Source of the DNA: Mustelus asterias
Lineage: Eukaryota
Assembly (NCBI RefSeq): GCF_964213995.1
Contig: NC_135830.1
Span: 7,006,001 to 7,070,000, forward strand
Length of the DNA stretch: 64,000 nt
Reading direction: 5' to 3'
The notes under the pieces are model-generated. The model saw only the letters and a list, made by a program, of their open reading frames with translations, did no database searches and was not told the origin of the DNA. A program made the translations under genes and the position numbers. Shown piece by piece: positions 51,802 through 63,659 of this stretch (its first letter is position 1; each line of letters begins with the position of its first letter).

Positions 51802-54739
51802 TATTTCATTCTATACAACATACAATTGTAATTTGCTTCGTAGGATGTATTGATATTAACATTTATTGGCATCATGTTGGCCTTTTTGTCGCCAAGGAAT
51901 ATAATCTGTCCCAGAATTCAGTGGGGAATGAAATTAATTCAGACCGTGCATAATGAACAGCGACCCAGCAGCCTCTGTTCTTCATTGACAAGTAATCACC
52001 TCATCATCACACAGAATGTCCTGATACATAGCTAGAGTGTGTGATGATTTTCAAAGTGATGATATAAATGAAACTACCTGTACCTCATGTGAAGTTACTG
52101 AATCTTTAAATCCCGATTCAGTATTACACTGTTTTGGGAAGTAATGTAACAATTGTTATTGTCCAGTGAGTCTCACAATATTTCTGTTGGTACCTTATTT
52201 ACTTTTCACCCTGTTACCTTCACTAATTTAGGTGAGGGCATGTTGAGTGATTTGCTGTACGTCAAAGAACCACATGTTTCAAATATTACAATCCTCCCTC
52301 CTCAACCTAATCATGTTCACTCTTTTTATCTTGGATATGAAGATTCAGCATCAGCAGAGAAATGAACCATCCGAGCGGCAGGAATATCTCGTCCTTCTCT
52401 TCGTGAGGATTAGCTTGCTAACTCCCGATAAACTCGGGATGGATTTCACCCAGAGACTCTGGAAGAGTTGAAGGTATTAGACTGACACAAATGGAATAAA
52501 GGAGCTGATTCAATTTATGAAATAATCAAGCACAAATATGGGAATGTAGAACAGCATTTTTCAATGCCATCTCGCAACACATCCATCAATCCATTCACTG
52601 ATTCCTCAATCAAAATATTCAGGCATCCAACTGTGATTCATCCAACTATCATTCATTCAACTGTCATTCATTCCTGCATCAAGACAGTCATTCATTTATT
52701 GTTTGCGCAGATGGTGACGTAATATTAATTTAATTGGCCCAGTGATCCAGAGACCCAGGACAATGATGGGACAGGGATTTAAATCGGAGCATTGCAGCTG
52801 GTGGAATTTGAATTCAATTAATAAAGATGGAATACATTCTAATGGCGACCATAGAACCCTCTTTGATCCCCCAATGAGGGAAATCTGCCATCGCTACCTG
52901 GACTCACAAGAATGTGACTCCAGACGGACACAAAATGGCTGACTCTTCAGAAGTGGCATAGAAAACCATTCAGTTCAAGGGCATTTGGGACAGGCATAAT
53001 GTGCTCGTCGTTCCACCAACTCAAACATCTCATGGAACGAGATAGGGAAAGAATACACAAACATACATGTTCATGTATTACAACATGTATCGTCTCCCTG
53101 AGTCATCTCTCAGTCTGCCTGTAATTCTTTCGATCCATCCATGACAATATCCTGATGTGCTGGAAAAATCATCATTGTTGCTAACAGGGTGCCAGAGAAG
53201 CTGCATAAATTGTCTTTCTTGAGAGATGGGTAAAATCCATATAGACTTACAACTTAAAACATGAAATTGCCTCCAGTACTGTTGCTGGGTAGATTTATTT
53301 ATAAATAGGGCTCATTGACAATGTGAAGGGTTTGAAGTTGGCTTGCAGCCAAGCGGTCAGTACTGAGGAAGCAGATCTACTGCACAAACACCCCCAGATG
53401 CTTCCTGTCAATAACTTTGAGCATTTGACAGCAGGCTGGATTGCTGCCAAATACTGTGTGGGACAGATTAGCGTGAACCTGAATGGACAAAATGGGATTC
53501 AGCCATTTGAACAGTAAATGTTTCATTCCCACAAGAAAGACACATTTTAAATAGTAATCATTCTAATCAAATATTTTCATTCAATGTCCTGTTCATTATG
53601 TGAGTAAATAGCATCGCAAAACAGTAAAGTGACCAGATGTTTTTTCATTTGTATCACTTCCAAGTAAATGTCATTCCAATAATTAAAGTCTGTTTATTAA
53701 CCACTTCATGAAATGCGAGAGAGATGTTGATGGTTCCAATTCCCCAGTCAATTGAGATCAGAGCAATGGCAAAAATGCATCGAAATAATATTAAAAGAAC
53801 ATCATCAAACTGACATGAACAACAGGGATTCCTGGAATATTCTGAAAGTTTTGCACCCTATTTAAACAGCAGCGTCTCTTGTATCTGATTTACACCGTGT
53901 TCTATTGTACAGTATAATCTGATTTCCATTATTGAAGAGTTCCAATCATAGCTGCCAATGAGCGGAGAAATGATCAGGTCATAACCTGATTCAATGGAAG
54001 ATAAAACATTTATTCTTGTGATATTGTGCAATGTGCAGCAAAGACCTGATATCTTGTGTTCCCAATACCAGAGAATGTTCGACAGCCGGTGGCCAATAGA
54101 GTGAGCTGCAATGATTTGGATGCTGAAGGAGAACTTTAATGATCTCCGTGTCCGTTCATTCATTAACTTCTCTGTCAAAAGTCGATGTTAAATTTATGTT
54201 TCTCTGTCAACTCACTATTTAATTATCAGGAGGGCGGGATTCTCAGTATTTTCAAAGGGCTGTCTTCGAGATTGGGGCAGTTTGACAAATATAAGGAGAA
54301 ACATTGTATTGTGTGAGAGTTTCTTCTCATCTCCAAACCCAAAATGTCCAGTGACAGCCATCCACACAGTAAATAGAATCACTTTGTTCATACTCCGCAT
54401 TCAGTTACAGAAATCGACAACAATTCTTCTGATAAATGATGCTTTATTATTGTGATGTGACAGAGACCCGGAATTGTTGCAACACAGACTGACGGTCTCC
54501 TTATTTTCCCAAAATGTTATTTCATCATTTTTAGATTTGTGTTCTTCTTGGGGGCGTGGTAATAAAAACACCATATTTACAATGGAATTAGTTTTTTAAA
54601 TAAAGAAATGATGAACTGCAATATCACCATCAGAAATAATGGAGACAATACATTGAACATATTCAGCCAAACAAATATCCCGACGCTGATAAAATGTCCA
54701 TTTTAATATTAATCTATTGTAAATCTGGGAGTCCATTCT

Positions 54740-54930
54740 GTTGGGGTGTGGAAGGTGGGACCTGGATCCAGTCGCCGCCTCCAGCAGGGAATCAACAGGC
54801 GGCGCCTGGAAAGCCGCCCCCTTCTGCCGGGTATTTAAATGCCGCTCACTGGGACCGGAATCCAACAGTCCGGGAGCTGGTTTGTTCACTGAGTTCCTGA
54901 CACAACCATTTCCCCCAAATCACCAGAAAG
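54740..54930 (+). promoter_or_regulatory. VH promoter region (GC-rich, TATA-like box, no octamer)
   Basis: GGGTGTGG near 54744, GC box CCGCCCC 54814-54820, TATTTAAA 54832-54839 about 100 nt before the ATG. Confidence 0.65.
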
Positions 54931-54976
54931 ATGAGGTCGGCGATTTCTCTCAGTTTGTTGTTGAGTATCTTATCCG
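54931..54976 (+). CDS. IGHV: Ig heavy-chain leader exon (MRSAISLSLLLSILS-G)
   Basis: ATG, hydrophobic signal peptide, phase-1 GT donor at 54977; 124-nt intron ending ttacag at 55100. Confidence 0.97.
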
Positions 54977-55100
54977 GTGAGTAGTATTTTTTATTGTCCA
55001 ATTCCTCATTGTCACTGTATCAAAATGTTAGTCTGTCTCTGGAATGTTCCAGAGTCAGCAATCATGTCACCAAAATTAATCCTTTGATCTATTTTTACAG

Positions 55101-55405
55101 GTGTCCAGTCGGAGGTTGTGTTGACTCAGCCAGAGGCAGAGACCGGGCGTCCCGGAGGCTCCCTGACACTGACCTGTAAAACCAGCGGCTTCGATCTTGG
55201 CAGCTACTCCATGTACTGGATCCGACAGGTTCCCGGGCAGGGGCTGGAGTGGTTGCTTTACTACTACTCTTCATCTAGCAACGGCTACGCCCCAGCAATT
55301 AAGGATCGATTTACTGCGTCCAAAGACACTTCACGCAACATCTTCTCTTTGGAAATGACGAGGCTGAAGACCGAAGACACCGCCATCTATTACTGTGCAA
55401 GAGAC
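55101..55405 (+). CDS. IGHV: IgM-type VH exon, open reading frame, germline (unrearranged)
   Basis: [52 protein letters not shown]...[39 protein letters not shown]; both Cys and the Trp are intact; shark IgM framework signature. Confidence 0.98.
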
Positions 55406-55444
55406 CACAGCGAGAGGAACCAGGGTTGGACCCGGACAAGAACA
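55406..55444 (+). other. V recombination signal sequence, 23-nt spacer
   Basis: CACAGCG - 23 nt - ACAAGAACA. Confidence 0.95.
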
Positions 55445-55815
55445 GCTCGAGAGGGAATTCAACAACTTCCATCATAACCTGAAGGTCAGTGCTTGTTTTA
55501 AATGTAGTATTAACGACAGTGACCAGAACCAAAACACAAACTGCTTCTGACAAACCTAACTTAGTGAAAATTAAACATTAAACCAAGAAAACACACAGAC
55601 ATAACGGGCTGAGCTTTTCACTCTGTTTATATTTAGTGTTAACAGTTTCTGCAATTACACACCTGGATATAACTCTCGCTTTATTATTTCTGAGACTTGG
55701 AGGAGGTGTTTCTAGATTGTGTTTTGTAAACTGCTGCATAAATTGTAAATTACATCGAAATAATGGTCTATTTGAAGTACATATTGAGCGGCAGTACTGA
55801 ACAGAGAGTGAGTGC

Positions 55816-55898
55816 AGTTTTTGTGCGAGTGTCTGTCACTGTGATACAGCAGTGGGGGGTCACAGTGCTGAGCACAGCGACATCCTCATACAAAAACC
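55816..55898 (+). other. IGHD: DH1 segment (55844-55860, ATACAGCAGTGGGGGGT) with 12-RSS on the 5' side and 22-RSS on the 3' side
   Basis: AGTTTTTGT-12-CACTGTG | D | CACAGTG-22-ACAAAAACC. Confidence 0.96.
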
Positions 55899-56198
55899 TC
55901 ATGGAAAGAGATTGCTCAAATTGGTAATCAGTATCACGGCAGGATTTTCAAAGTAAACGCGGCTTCAGTGAAATAATGTGTGGAAGTAATATTAGTTTGT
56001 GAAAAGGTATAAAAATCTTCCCATAAAATCTATATTTACCGATCCGCTAAATCTACACAGAGAGTTTAAAAGCATTCCGATCCCCTTTATAAATACAATG
56101 ACCAGGACAAGCTGAAATATCTCAGTCACTCGCTCGTGGATGAGGCAGAATCAGATTTTTGAGACAGCAGTGAAATTAAACAGTTAGCAGTCGGGCAC

Positions 56199-56266
56199 AG
56201 TATTTGTCATGCTGTGTCTCACTGTGATAACTGGGTGGCACAGCAGTTACTGTCAATACACAAACC
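56199..56266 (+). other. IGHD: DH2 segment (56227-56238, ATAACTGGGTGG) with 12-RSS on both sides
   Basis: AGTATTTGT-12-CACTGTG | D | CACAGCA-12-ACACAAACC. Confidence 0.95.
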
Positions 56267-56593
56267 CCTCAGCACTAATTGACCGAGACTGGGGCAGTGC
56301 TCTGTTTTCCAATCCAGCATTATTTACAGTGCTGTATTATTTATGTCCCAGCACTACACAAATAGCGAGAATTAATATGGAAAATTTATGATAACTATTT
56401 AATTATCAGTTGGTGTTTTCAATAACTTGATCATGTGATCCTCTATGAAATATAAAACATTCAGGTTATTTATGTAGAGCGAACGGTATCCACCAGTACA
56501 ATAATAATTTCATGAAAATGCAGTGATTTGCTTTCCCTCTGGCTTGTGAATTTTTAAAATACTGATGGATTTCTGTCTATTTTGTGCAGAGAT

Positions 56594-56632
56594 GGTTATT
56601 GTATGACCCAGCCTAGAGAATGTGACACTGTG
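56594..56632 (-). other. J recombination signal sequence, 23-nt spacer
   Basis: GGTTATTGT - 23 nt - CACTGTG on the + strand. Confidence 0.95.
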
Positions 56633-56680
56633 ACGCCATGGGCTACTGGGGACAAGGGACCATGGTGACGGTGACTGCAG
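56633..56680 (+). CDS. IGHJ: JH segment (AMGYWGQGTMVTVTA)
   Basis: WGQG motif; phase-1 donor G|GTAAG at 56681. Confidence 0.98.
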
Positions 56681-56996
56681 GTAAGAACCATGCCTTTAAA
56701 TAGTCAGTGTTTTATTTGAGTTTTTGTTTTATACTTTTTCTCGATTTTATTAATTCATTCGTTCAATGTAATGTGGTTTGGTGGATTCTGTGCTGAAAAT
56801 CTTTTCAATGTTTCATGTGATCCTGCTTAAAATGGGGGTTATAGAATTCTACTGTTAATTGACAAAAGATGATACTGAGTGATTCAGTCTCTTGTTGTGA
56901 TTTGGTGTTTATCTGCTGAGGACATTGTGTGGCTGGGTTACTATAAATGCCTTCCTTTTGTTAAACAGTTCGGCGTTTCTTCAATGTTTAATCTCG

Positions 56997-57010
56997 GTGA
57001 CATCTAGTGG
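56997..57010 (-). promoter_or_regulatory. CTCF-like motif in the J-C intron
   Basis: Minus strand CCACTAGATGTCAC, 13/14 match to CCASYAGRKGGCRS. Confidence 0.5.
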
Positions 57011-58904
57011 CTGCGAGTTGCACCATCTACTGCACAATAGTTTAAAATCTAACCCAATATTAACAAAATGTGTTAAAGTTTCTGCTTTAATGTTGCGAAC
57101 ATGTTCCGCTTAATCACAATCTGGTTTTGTTATGTCATTGTTGTGCTCATTTTAATCATTAGTTGCTTTGGTGATGGTCAGGTTGGCTGGATTTTAAATT
57201 GAGATTTTCTGCCAATGTGAAATTTGATTCTGTTGCAACTGTTTGTAGAATTGAGCTGCTTCTGCATGAACCGGGGTTCAGTCCCTCAGTGCTGCGTGTT
57301 TCTGGTGAGGAGGTTGTCTGTCTGGGTGACTTTGAATAAGTAAAATTTGTGAAATGGTTCGGAGATTCTGCATTGTTTACACTCGGTGACACTGAGCTGT
57401 TACACATTTTGTGATTGAATACAAACAGTCTGCGGGTTTTAAACTACTTGACGTGTGCCTGCAGACAGAAATCAGGCAGGCTTTATTGTATTTGTATTTT
57501 TTTTAAATCGGAGCTGATAAGTGCAGGTTAAACCAAACCACGGTTTATGCCACTCGTCCAAAACATAGTTTGCCACTGCATTCACAATTTGGGATACATG
57601 CCATGTTTAACCTCGGTGGCATCTGACGGCTGCAGCTTTTACCCACCCAATATTTAAATATGTTTGAAATCTGTTTGAAATATGACCCAATATGAATAGA
57701 ATGTGGTAAAATTTCAATATTAATTTGTTGGACATATTCCACCTCCTCGCAATGCTATTGCTCTTATTCCAAATTTCTGTTTAGTTCAATCATTCATATA
57801 TTTGGTGACGAGCTGGTTTACCGGATTGAATATTGAGATTTCCTTGCAATCATATTTTTGATTTTGTTGAATGGATAATTGAGTTGCGTCCCCGTGAAAC
57901 GGATTCATTCCCTCATTGATGTGTTTTGGTGTGTTTCTGTTGAGGAGGTTCTGTTGTTAGGTCACTAAGAATGTTTAAAATGTGTGAAATGTTTTGGTGT
58001 TTCTGCATTGTTTAAACTCGGTGGCACTGAGCGGTTACACGTTTTCTGGTTAAATGCAAATAATCTATGAGTTTGAAAATCCTTGTAGGGAGAAAATAAG
58101 CAGGTTGTGAAAGAAATAAAATAAAGGTATTACAGCATTTTTATAAATTTTAACTAACTCTTAGAAATTAAAATAAATCATGTCTTACAACGTTCAATCG
58201 GACACTAAGTAGTTGCTGCAAAAACAAACTTCTCATTAACAAGTTTGATAGTAAAATTAATATAAATCAAACTGTTATTAATCGGTAACATAACTACATA
58301 TTCACAAAAGATTATTTTCTATTCATATCATTTCGCATTAATCGGCTTTAATAGTTCTGCTGTGCTTTGCATACAATTAACATGACCAAAAAAGTTTCTC
58401 GGCTGGAAATATTTTGTGATAATTCCAGAAACTATTTCACTGATAACATGCTGTTTCCACAGCAGCGCTCGGTTCAACAAGATACTTTGCATTAATTGTT
58501 ATATCCCCGATGAAGTTCGCATTCACTTAAATATGAGTTTTGGTGAATAATTGGCAATAAAACGCTATTTGGCAATTTTTGTGCCCGATTATTACATTGT
58601 TTCTGTGCAGGCGCAGCATTCCTTCCAAGTAATTTGTAGTTGGATGCAGAGATAATTAATCACTAATCTCATCTCAAAATTTGTGAAATGGTTTGGTGTT
58701 TCTCAATTGTTTCTGTATTGTTTCAACTCGGTGATCCTGAGCGGTTACACTTTTTCCCGCTAAATGAAAAAAACAAACTGCGTTTAAACATCCTTGTCAG
58801 GATAAAACAAACTGGTATCGGAAAAAATAAAACAAATATATATTTGAGCATTTTATTCATGTTAACTGATGCTTGCAGATTAAAGTAAATCATGAATTAC
58901 AATT

Positions 58905-60470
58905 CTTACTGCGTCACTGTATCTCTGTTAGGGACATTACACTACCCTGGATCGGTTATATCTGATGTGCACATTTTCAGAAAAAAAAATATTTTTTGCC
59001 TAGTTTTCGAGATTTGAGATAGACAGGGAGAAATAGTTAAAATTCGAAGGGAATTTTGAAATGAATATCAGTTTAATTTAAAAGAAGTTATTGATTTTTG
59101 TTGTTGTAGTTGGAAAATTGATCAATTAGAATCTCACAGTTTAAATAAATTTGACAGAGTGAACACAGTTTTCTGACAGGTGGAATTCGCTAACACTAAA
59201 CAATTGTTCATATAATGGTGTTTGAATTGTCGTAAGGTGTCAACAGAAACTGGCTCGAGATTTACAATTTAAGACTTGAAATTCAATTAATTAATTTTTT
59301 ATAATATTATCATATTTTTATATGAGTAATATTTGCGCTGCATTTAATAATAACATCCTGTCTCCCATTACTGCTGAACATAGAATAGAATTATTGGATG
59401 AATAAATGACAGAATGGAAGAATTGATTCTATTTGAGCATTGTGTTTAATTAGTATTAAATATTATACTGAAGAGAAAGTCTCGACTTATTTTGTGCATC
59501 ATGTTTCAGTGTTGCAGAGGATTTGAATCAATTGTCCTCATTGTGTTTTTCATTGTTTAATTCAGAACTTCTTAATTTAAACAATATGTTCAGTAATTAA
59601 ATTATATGGATGGTCCAAATTATTAAATCTCGGAAGCAGCTTCATTGACCTCAAACTGCCAGGCCGTTACAGTATATACAAAGTCAGAAACATGCATTCT
59701 TAACACGTTTGCAGGTTATAATAAGGCATTTGGAGTAAAAGTGGAAATGAAAAAACATGACAATGTTATTCGATTGAAGCAAATGAATTACAGATGTCTG
59801 AATCTTTCCATTCAGTAATTTGAAGTTTATCGTTTAATATTTAATTGGAACCTAATGACTTCACAATGTTCGAGGCAGGGAAAGTTTTGAATGATTGAAA
59901 ACTGATTTTATTAGGGAGTACAAATCAGCTAACAGGAAAAGTAACCGGCAATTAACAAAACAAAATATAATATTGGTGCTAATTAATTCAAAACAAAATA
60001 CCTTGAATAATGCACGGGCGTGCAAAGTATCATCCGTTTCAGAGAATGTTTAATTGTATCGAAAATGAATTCAGAAACAAAACCTTTCTTTTATCAGCTA
60101 TGCTTAGCTCGATAAGGTGTTTTACCTCGAATATTTTGTTGATTACATTTAATTAAGAAATTAGATCGAATCAGGTAATGATTTTCAATGTAAATGTTTC
60201 TTGGTTTATTTAATCCTTACTGTGTCACTGTATCTCTGTCGGGGACATTGAACTGTCCTGAATCTGTTATTTTTGATTCCTAATTTTCAGCGAAATTACA
60301 TTTTTACATAGTTTTCGAGAAGTGAGACAGGCAGAGAGACATAATTAAAAATCGACAGGAGTTTTGAAATTAATATCAGTTTTATTTAAAAGAGGTTATT
60401 GATTTTCTGTTGTAAATTGATCATTGATCAATTAGAATCAAACAGTTTGAATTAAATTGACAGATTGATC
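58905..60470 (+). repeat. Local ~260-bp direct duplication in the J-C intron (58905-59165 and 60215-60470)
   Basis: Both start ttactg.gtcactgtatctctg and share ttttgaaat.aatatcagttt and tgatcaattagaatc. Confidence 0.85.
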
Positions 60471-60949
60471 ATACCTACCTGCTGGGAAATCGATTGTTGC
60501 ACCGTTTGTGTCTGTTCTGTTTCTGCGCGCGTGGTCACTGTTTTGGGACCAGGAATCTGCCTGACTGGTTGTAAAACTTCTGGTTCCTTCTGCTGTATTT
60601 CAGGGAGTGAAATTTGATTTATTTCTTCAATAAACTTGTATCTGTGAGAAATGTGACAGTTTGACTTGATGTTTGTCTCGGCGTCTCAGAAATGAGATCC
60701 CTAAAGCATATTGTGACCATCAGAGAGAGCAGAAACGTCAGATTGTAGAGGGAGATTTGGATGATTTTTAACCAGTGATGTACCGGCCTTGGGAATGTTC
60801 GATGAGCAAATGCAAAGTGAGATTGTGCTCCGTAGTAAAGCAGTCCATGACCTGTTTGGTATGACAGTTGAAGGGTCAAATTCATTTGCATCTTATTTTT
60901 AATCTTCTAAACCCATTTTAGAGTCATTTGCTCGGCCAGAAGTTTTAAT

Positions 60950-61395
60950 CATCAATAATTGTTCCTTGAGAAAGTGTTGATATGAAGCATCCTTGAATAA
61001 CTGCAATCCATATGCTGCAGGCATCCGCCGTGCTGTTAGGTGGAAGTTCCAGGATTTTGACCCAGAAGGAACTGAGGTATTGTTTCAAGTCAGGATGGTG
61101 TGTGTCTTGGAGGGGAGCTTGCAGGTGGTAGTCTTCATATGTGGCTGCTGCCCTTATCCTGTTAGGATATAAAGGCAACGGGTTTGGACAGTGTTTACTA
61201 TGGAGCCTTGGTGAGTTGCTGCAGTGCATCTTGTATATAACACACACTGCTGTCACTGCTTGTTAGTGATGGAGAGAGAGAATAGGGTGAATGAGGGGGC
61301 GGATAATCTTGTGGGTGGCTTTGCCCTGGATTGTGTCAAATTTCTTGAGTTTTTACAGGTTTCCCTCATTGAGTAGGGTGAATTATTCAATTGCG
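60950..61395 (-). mobile_element. Decayed LINE 3' fragment (L2/CR1 group)
   Basis: AVCVIYKMHCSNSPRL on the minus strand; same family as ~22960-23680 and 39660-40260. Confidence 0.75.
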
Positions 61396-61539
61396 ACTGA
61401 TCGCGAAAGATTTAAATGTTTTTCCAACCCTTGGCCCGCGCTCCGTATTGTGCTCACTTGTCACTCCCACTTACTGTGTGAATGGGTGAGTATGTGTGGA
61501 GTGAGTGTGTTTTCCAGACTGAATCAGCCAAATAGAGAC

Positions 61540-62575
61540 TTATACACATCACACACTCTCACACACATAAATACTCTCATATTCTCTCACACATGCACAC
61601 ACACAAACATACATACTCACACTTACTTTCTCTCTCATACGGTCTCTCTTACACACCCATACACATTCTCTCTCTCACGTTACACATCCACTCTCTCAAT
61701 ACAAATACATACATCGTCTCGCTCTCTCCATCAATCTCTCACATCCCCATACACAAAAGCGCTCACATCCCCACACACCCACCCATTCTCTCTTACACAT
61801 AGACACACACTCTCACATAAGCACAGTCTCACACTCTCGCGCACGCACTCTCACATGGACTCTCTCTCTTCCACTCTCTGTCACACACGCTCAAGCTGTC
61901 TCACATTTCTCCACACGCTCTCTCACAATTCCTCTTGCACACGCATCTCTTCCTCTCTCACACACACACACACGCACATATTTCTATTTCTCTTGCGCAC
62001 ACTATCTCACACCTCTGCATTCTTGCTCTCACACACTGGCTCTCTCACAATCACTCTCTCACAAACATAGAACATGCACACACTCTAACACACACTCTTA
62101 CACACAGACACAGTCTCTCACATAAGCACAGTCTCGCGCACACATTCGCTCTCTCACACACACATGCACTATGCCTCTCACATTCCCTCTTCCGTACACT
62201 CTCACTTCGTCTCACACACATTCCCATGCTCTCTCTCTCATACGGACACTTGCACATGTATTCTCTCACACAGGCACATATTTCTCTCTCTTTCACACGC
62301 TCACTCCCTTACACATTGTCTCACACACGCACAATCTTGCTCTCAAACACTGTCTCTCACAAACACCCTCTTTTTCACACGCACACAATCTCTCACACAG
62401 TCCCTCCTTCTCTTACATACGAAAACACATGTATGTACAATGTATCTCTCTTTAAACACTCCACCTATCACAGACACATGTTCTCTCAACAGTTATTTCA
62501 CTCACACACACTCACGCATCCATTCTGTCTAAGTTTCACACTTTTTCTCGCTCACACACACTCTCCCCGCCCCTC

Positions 62576-62606
<31 letters not shown>

Positions 62607-63121
62607 TCAAACACCCCACATTGCTTCTATCTCCCACACACATTGTACACATCTTTCGCACTCACACGCCATCCCATGCACAGTTTCACACACTGATGAA
62701 CATATTATTTTGCTTTCCAATAGGCACTCCCTCTCACACACACTGTCTTTCACATGAACACAACACTCTCCCACACACACACCCTCCCTCAAGCACACAC
62801 ACTCTCTTTCACAGACATCGTGTATCTCAAATAGACACACTCCCTTTCACATCAACATACACACACTCACACACAGAAGTACTCTTTCACACAGACTCCC
62901 CACACACACTCTCCCCGCCCCTCCACACACATACATTTTCAAGAAGAGACACACTGTCACACACAAAGAATAACTCTTCAAACACACATTCTGTCTCACA
63001 CACACACATTATCTCACACATCCTTTCTCTCACGTACACTCTCTCCTCTTGCACGCACAGCCCACTGTCTCACCCACGTGCAAACGCATTCTATCATACA
63101 CAGGCATCCTCACACACACGT

Positions 63122-63155
<34 letters not shown>

Positions 63156-63280
63156 CCTCTATCTCTCTCTCTCTCCCTATCGCTCTCTCTGTCACACACA
63201 CCACAGACACACACACACACACTCTCTCTCTCTCTCTCTCTCTCACACACACTTTCGATCTCACATACGTCAGAGTGTCT
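61540..63280. repeat. Long degenerate (CA)/(CT) low-complexity tract
   Basis: About 1.7 kb, strongly G-depleted on the + strand. Confidence 0.95.
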
Positions 63281-63291
63281 GTCCTTGACAC

Positions 63292-63605
63292 CATAGAGTA
63301 GAATCATAGGATGCTACAGTGCAGAAGGAGGCCATTCAGCCCATCGAGTCTGCACCAATAGCAATCCCACCAAAGCCCTATCCCCATAACCACATGTATC
63401 TACCCTAACTAGTCCCCCTGACACTAAGGGGCAATTTAGCACGGCCAATCCACCGAACCCACACATCTTTGGACTGTGGGAGGAAACAGGAGCACCCGAA
63501 GGAAACCCAAACAGACACGGGGGGAACTTGCAAACTCCACACAGACAGTGACCCAAGTCGGGAATCCAACTCTGAGGCAGCAGCGCTAATCACTGTGTCA
63601 CCGCC
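63292..63605 (-). mobile_element. tRNA-derived shark SINE with CR1-like tail
   Basis: SINE body ggactgtgggaggaaacaggagcacccg; catagagtagaatcatag tail. Confidence 0.88.
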
Positions 63606-63659
63606 ACCGCCCCCCCCGTCCCGACCCCCCCCCCACCCCCCCCCCCCCCCCCCACGACC

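Noticed and set aside
61291-63301. Long His/Thr/Leu/Ser-rich ORFs (259, 253 and 226 aa)
   Set aside because: Artefacts of the CA/CT low-complexity tract, which lacks stop codons
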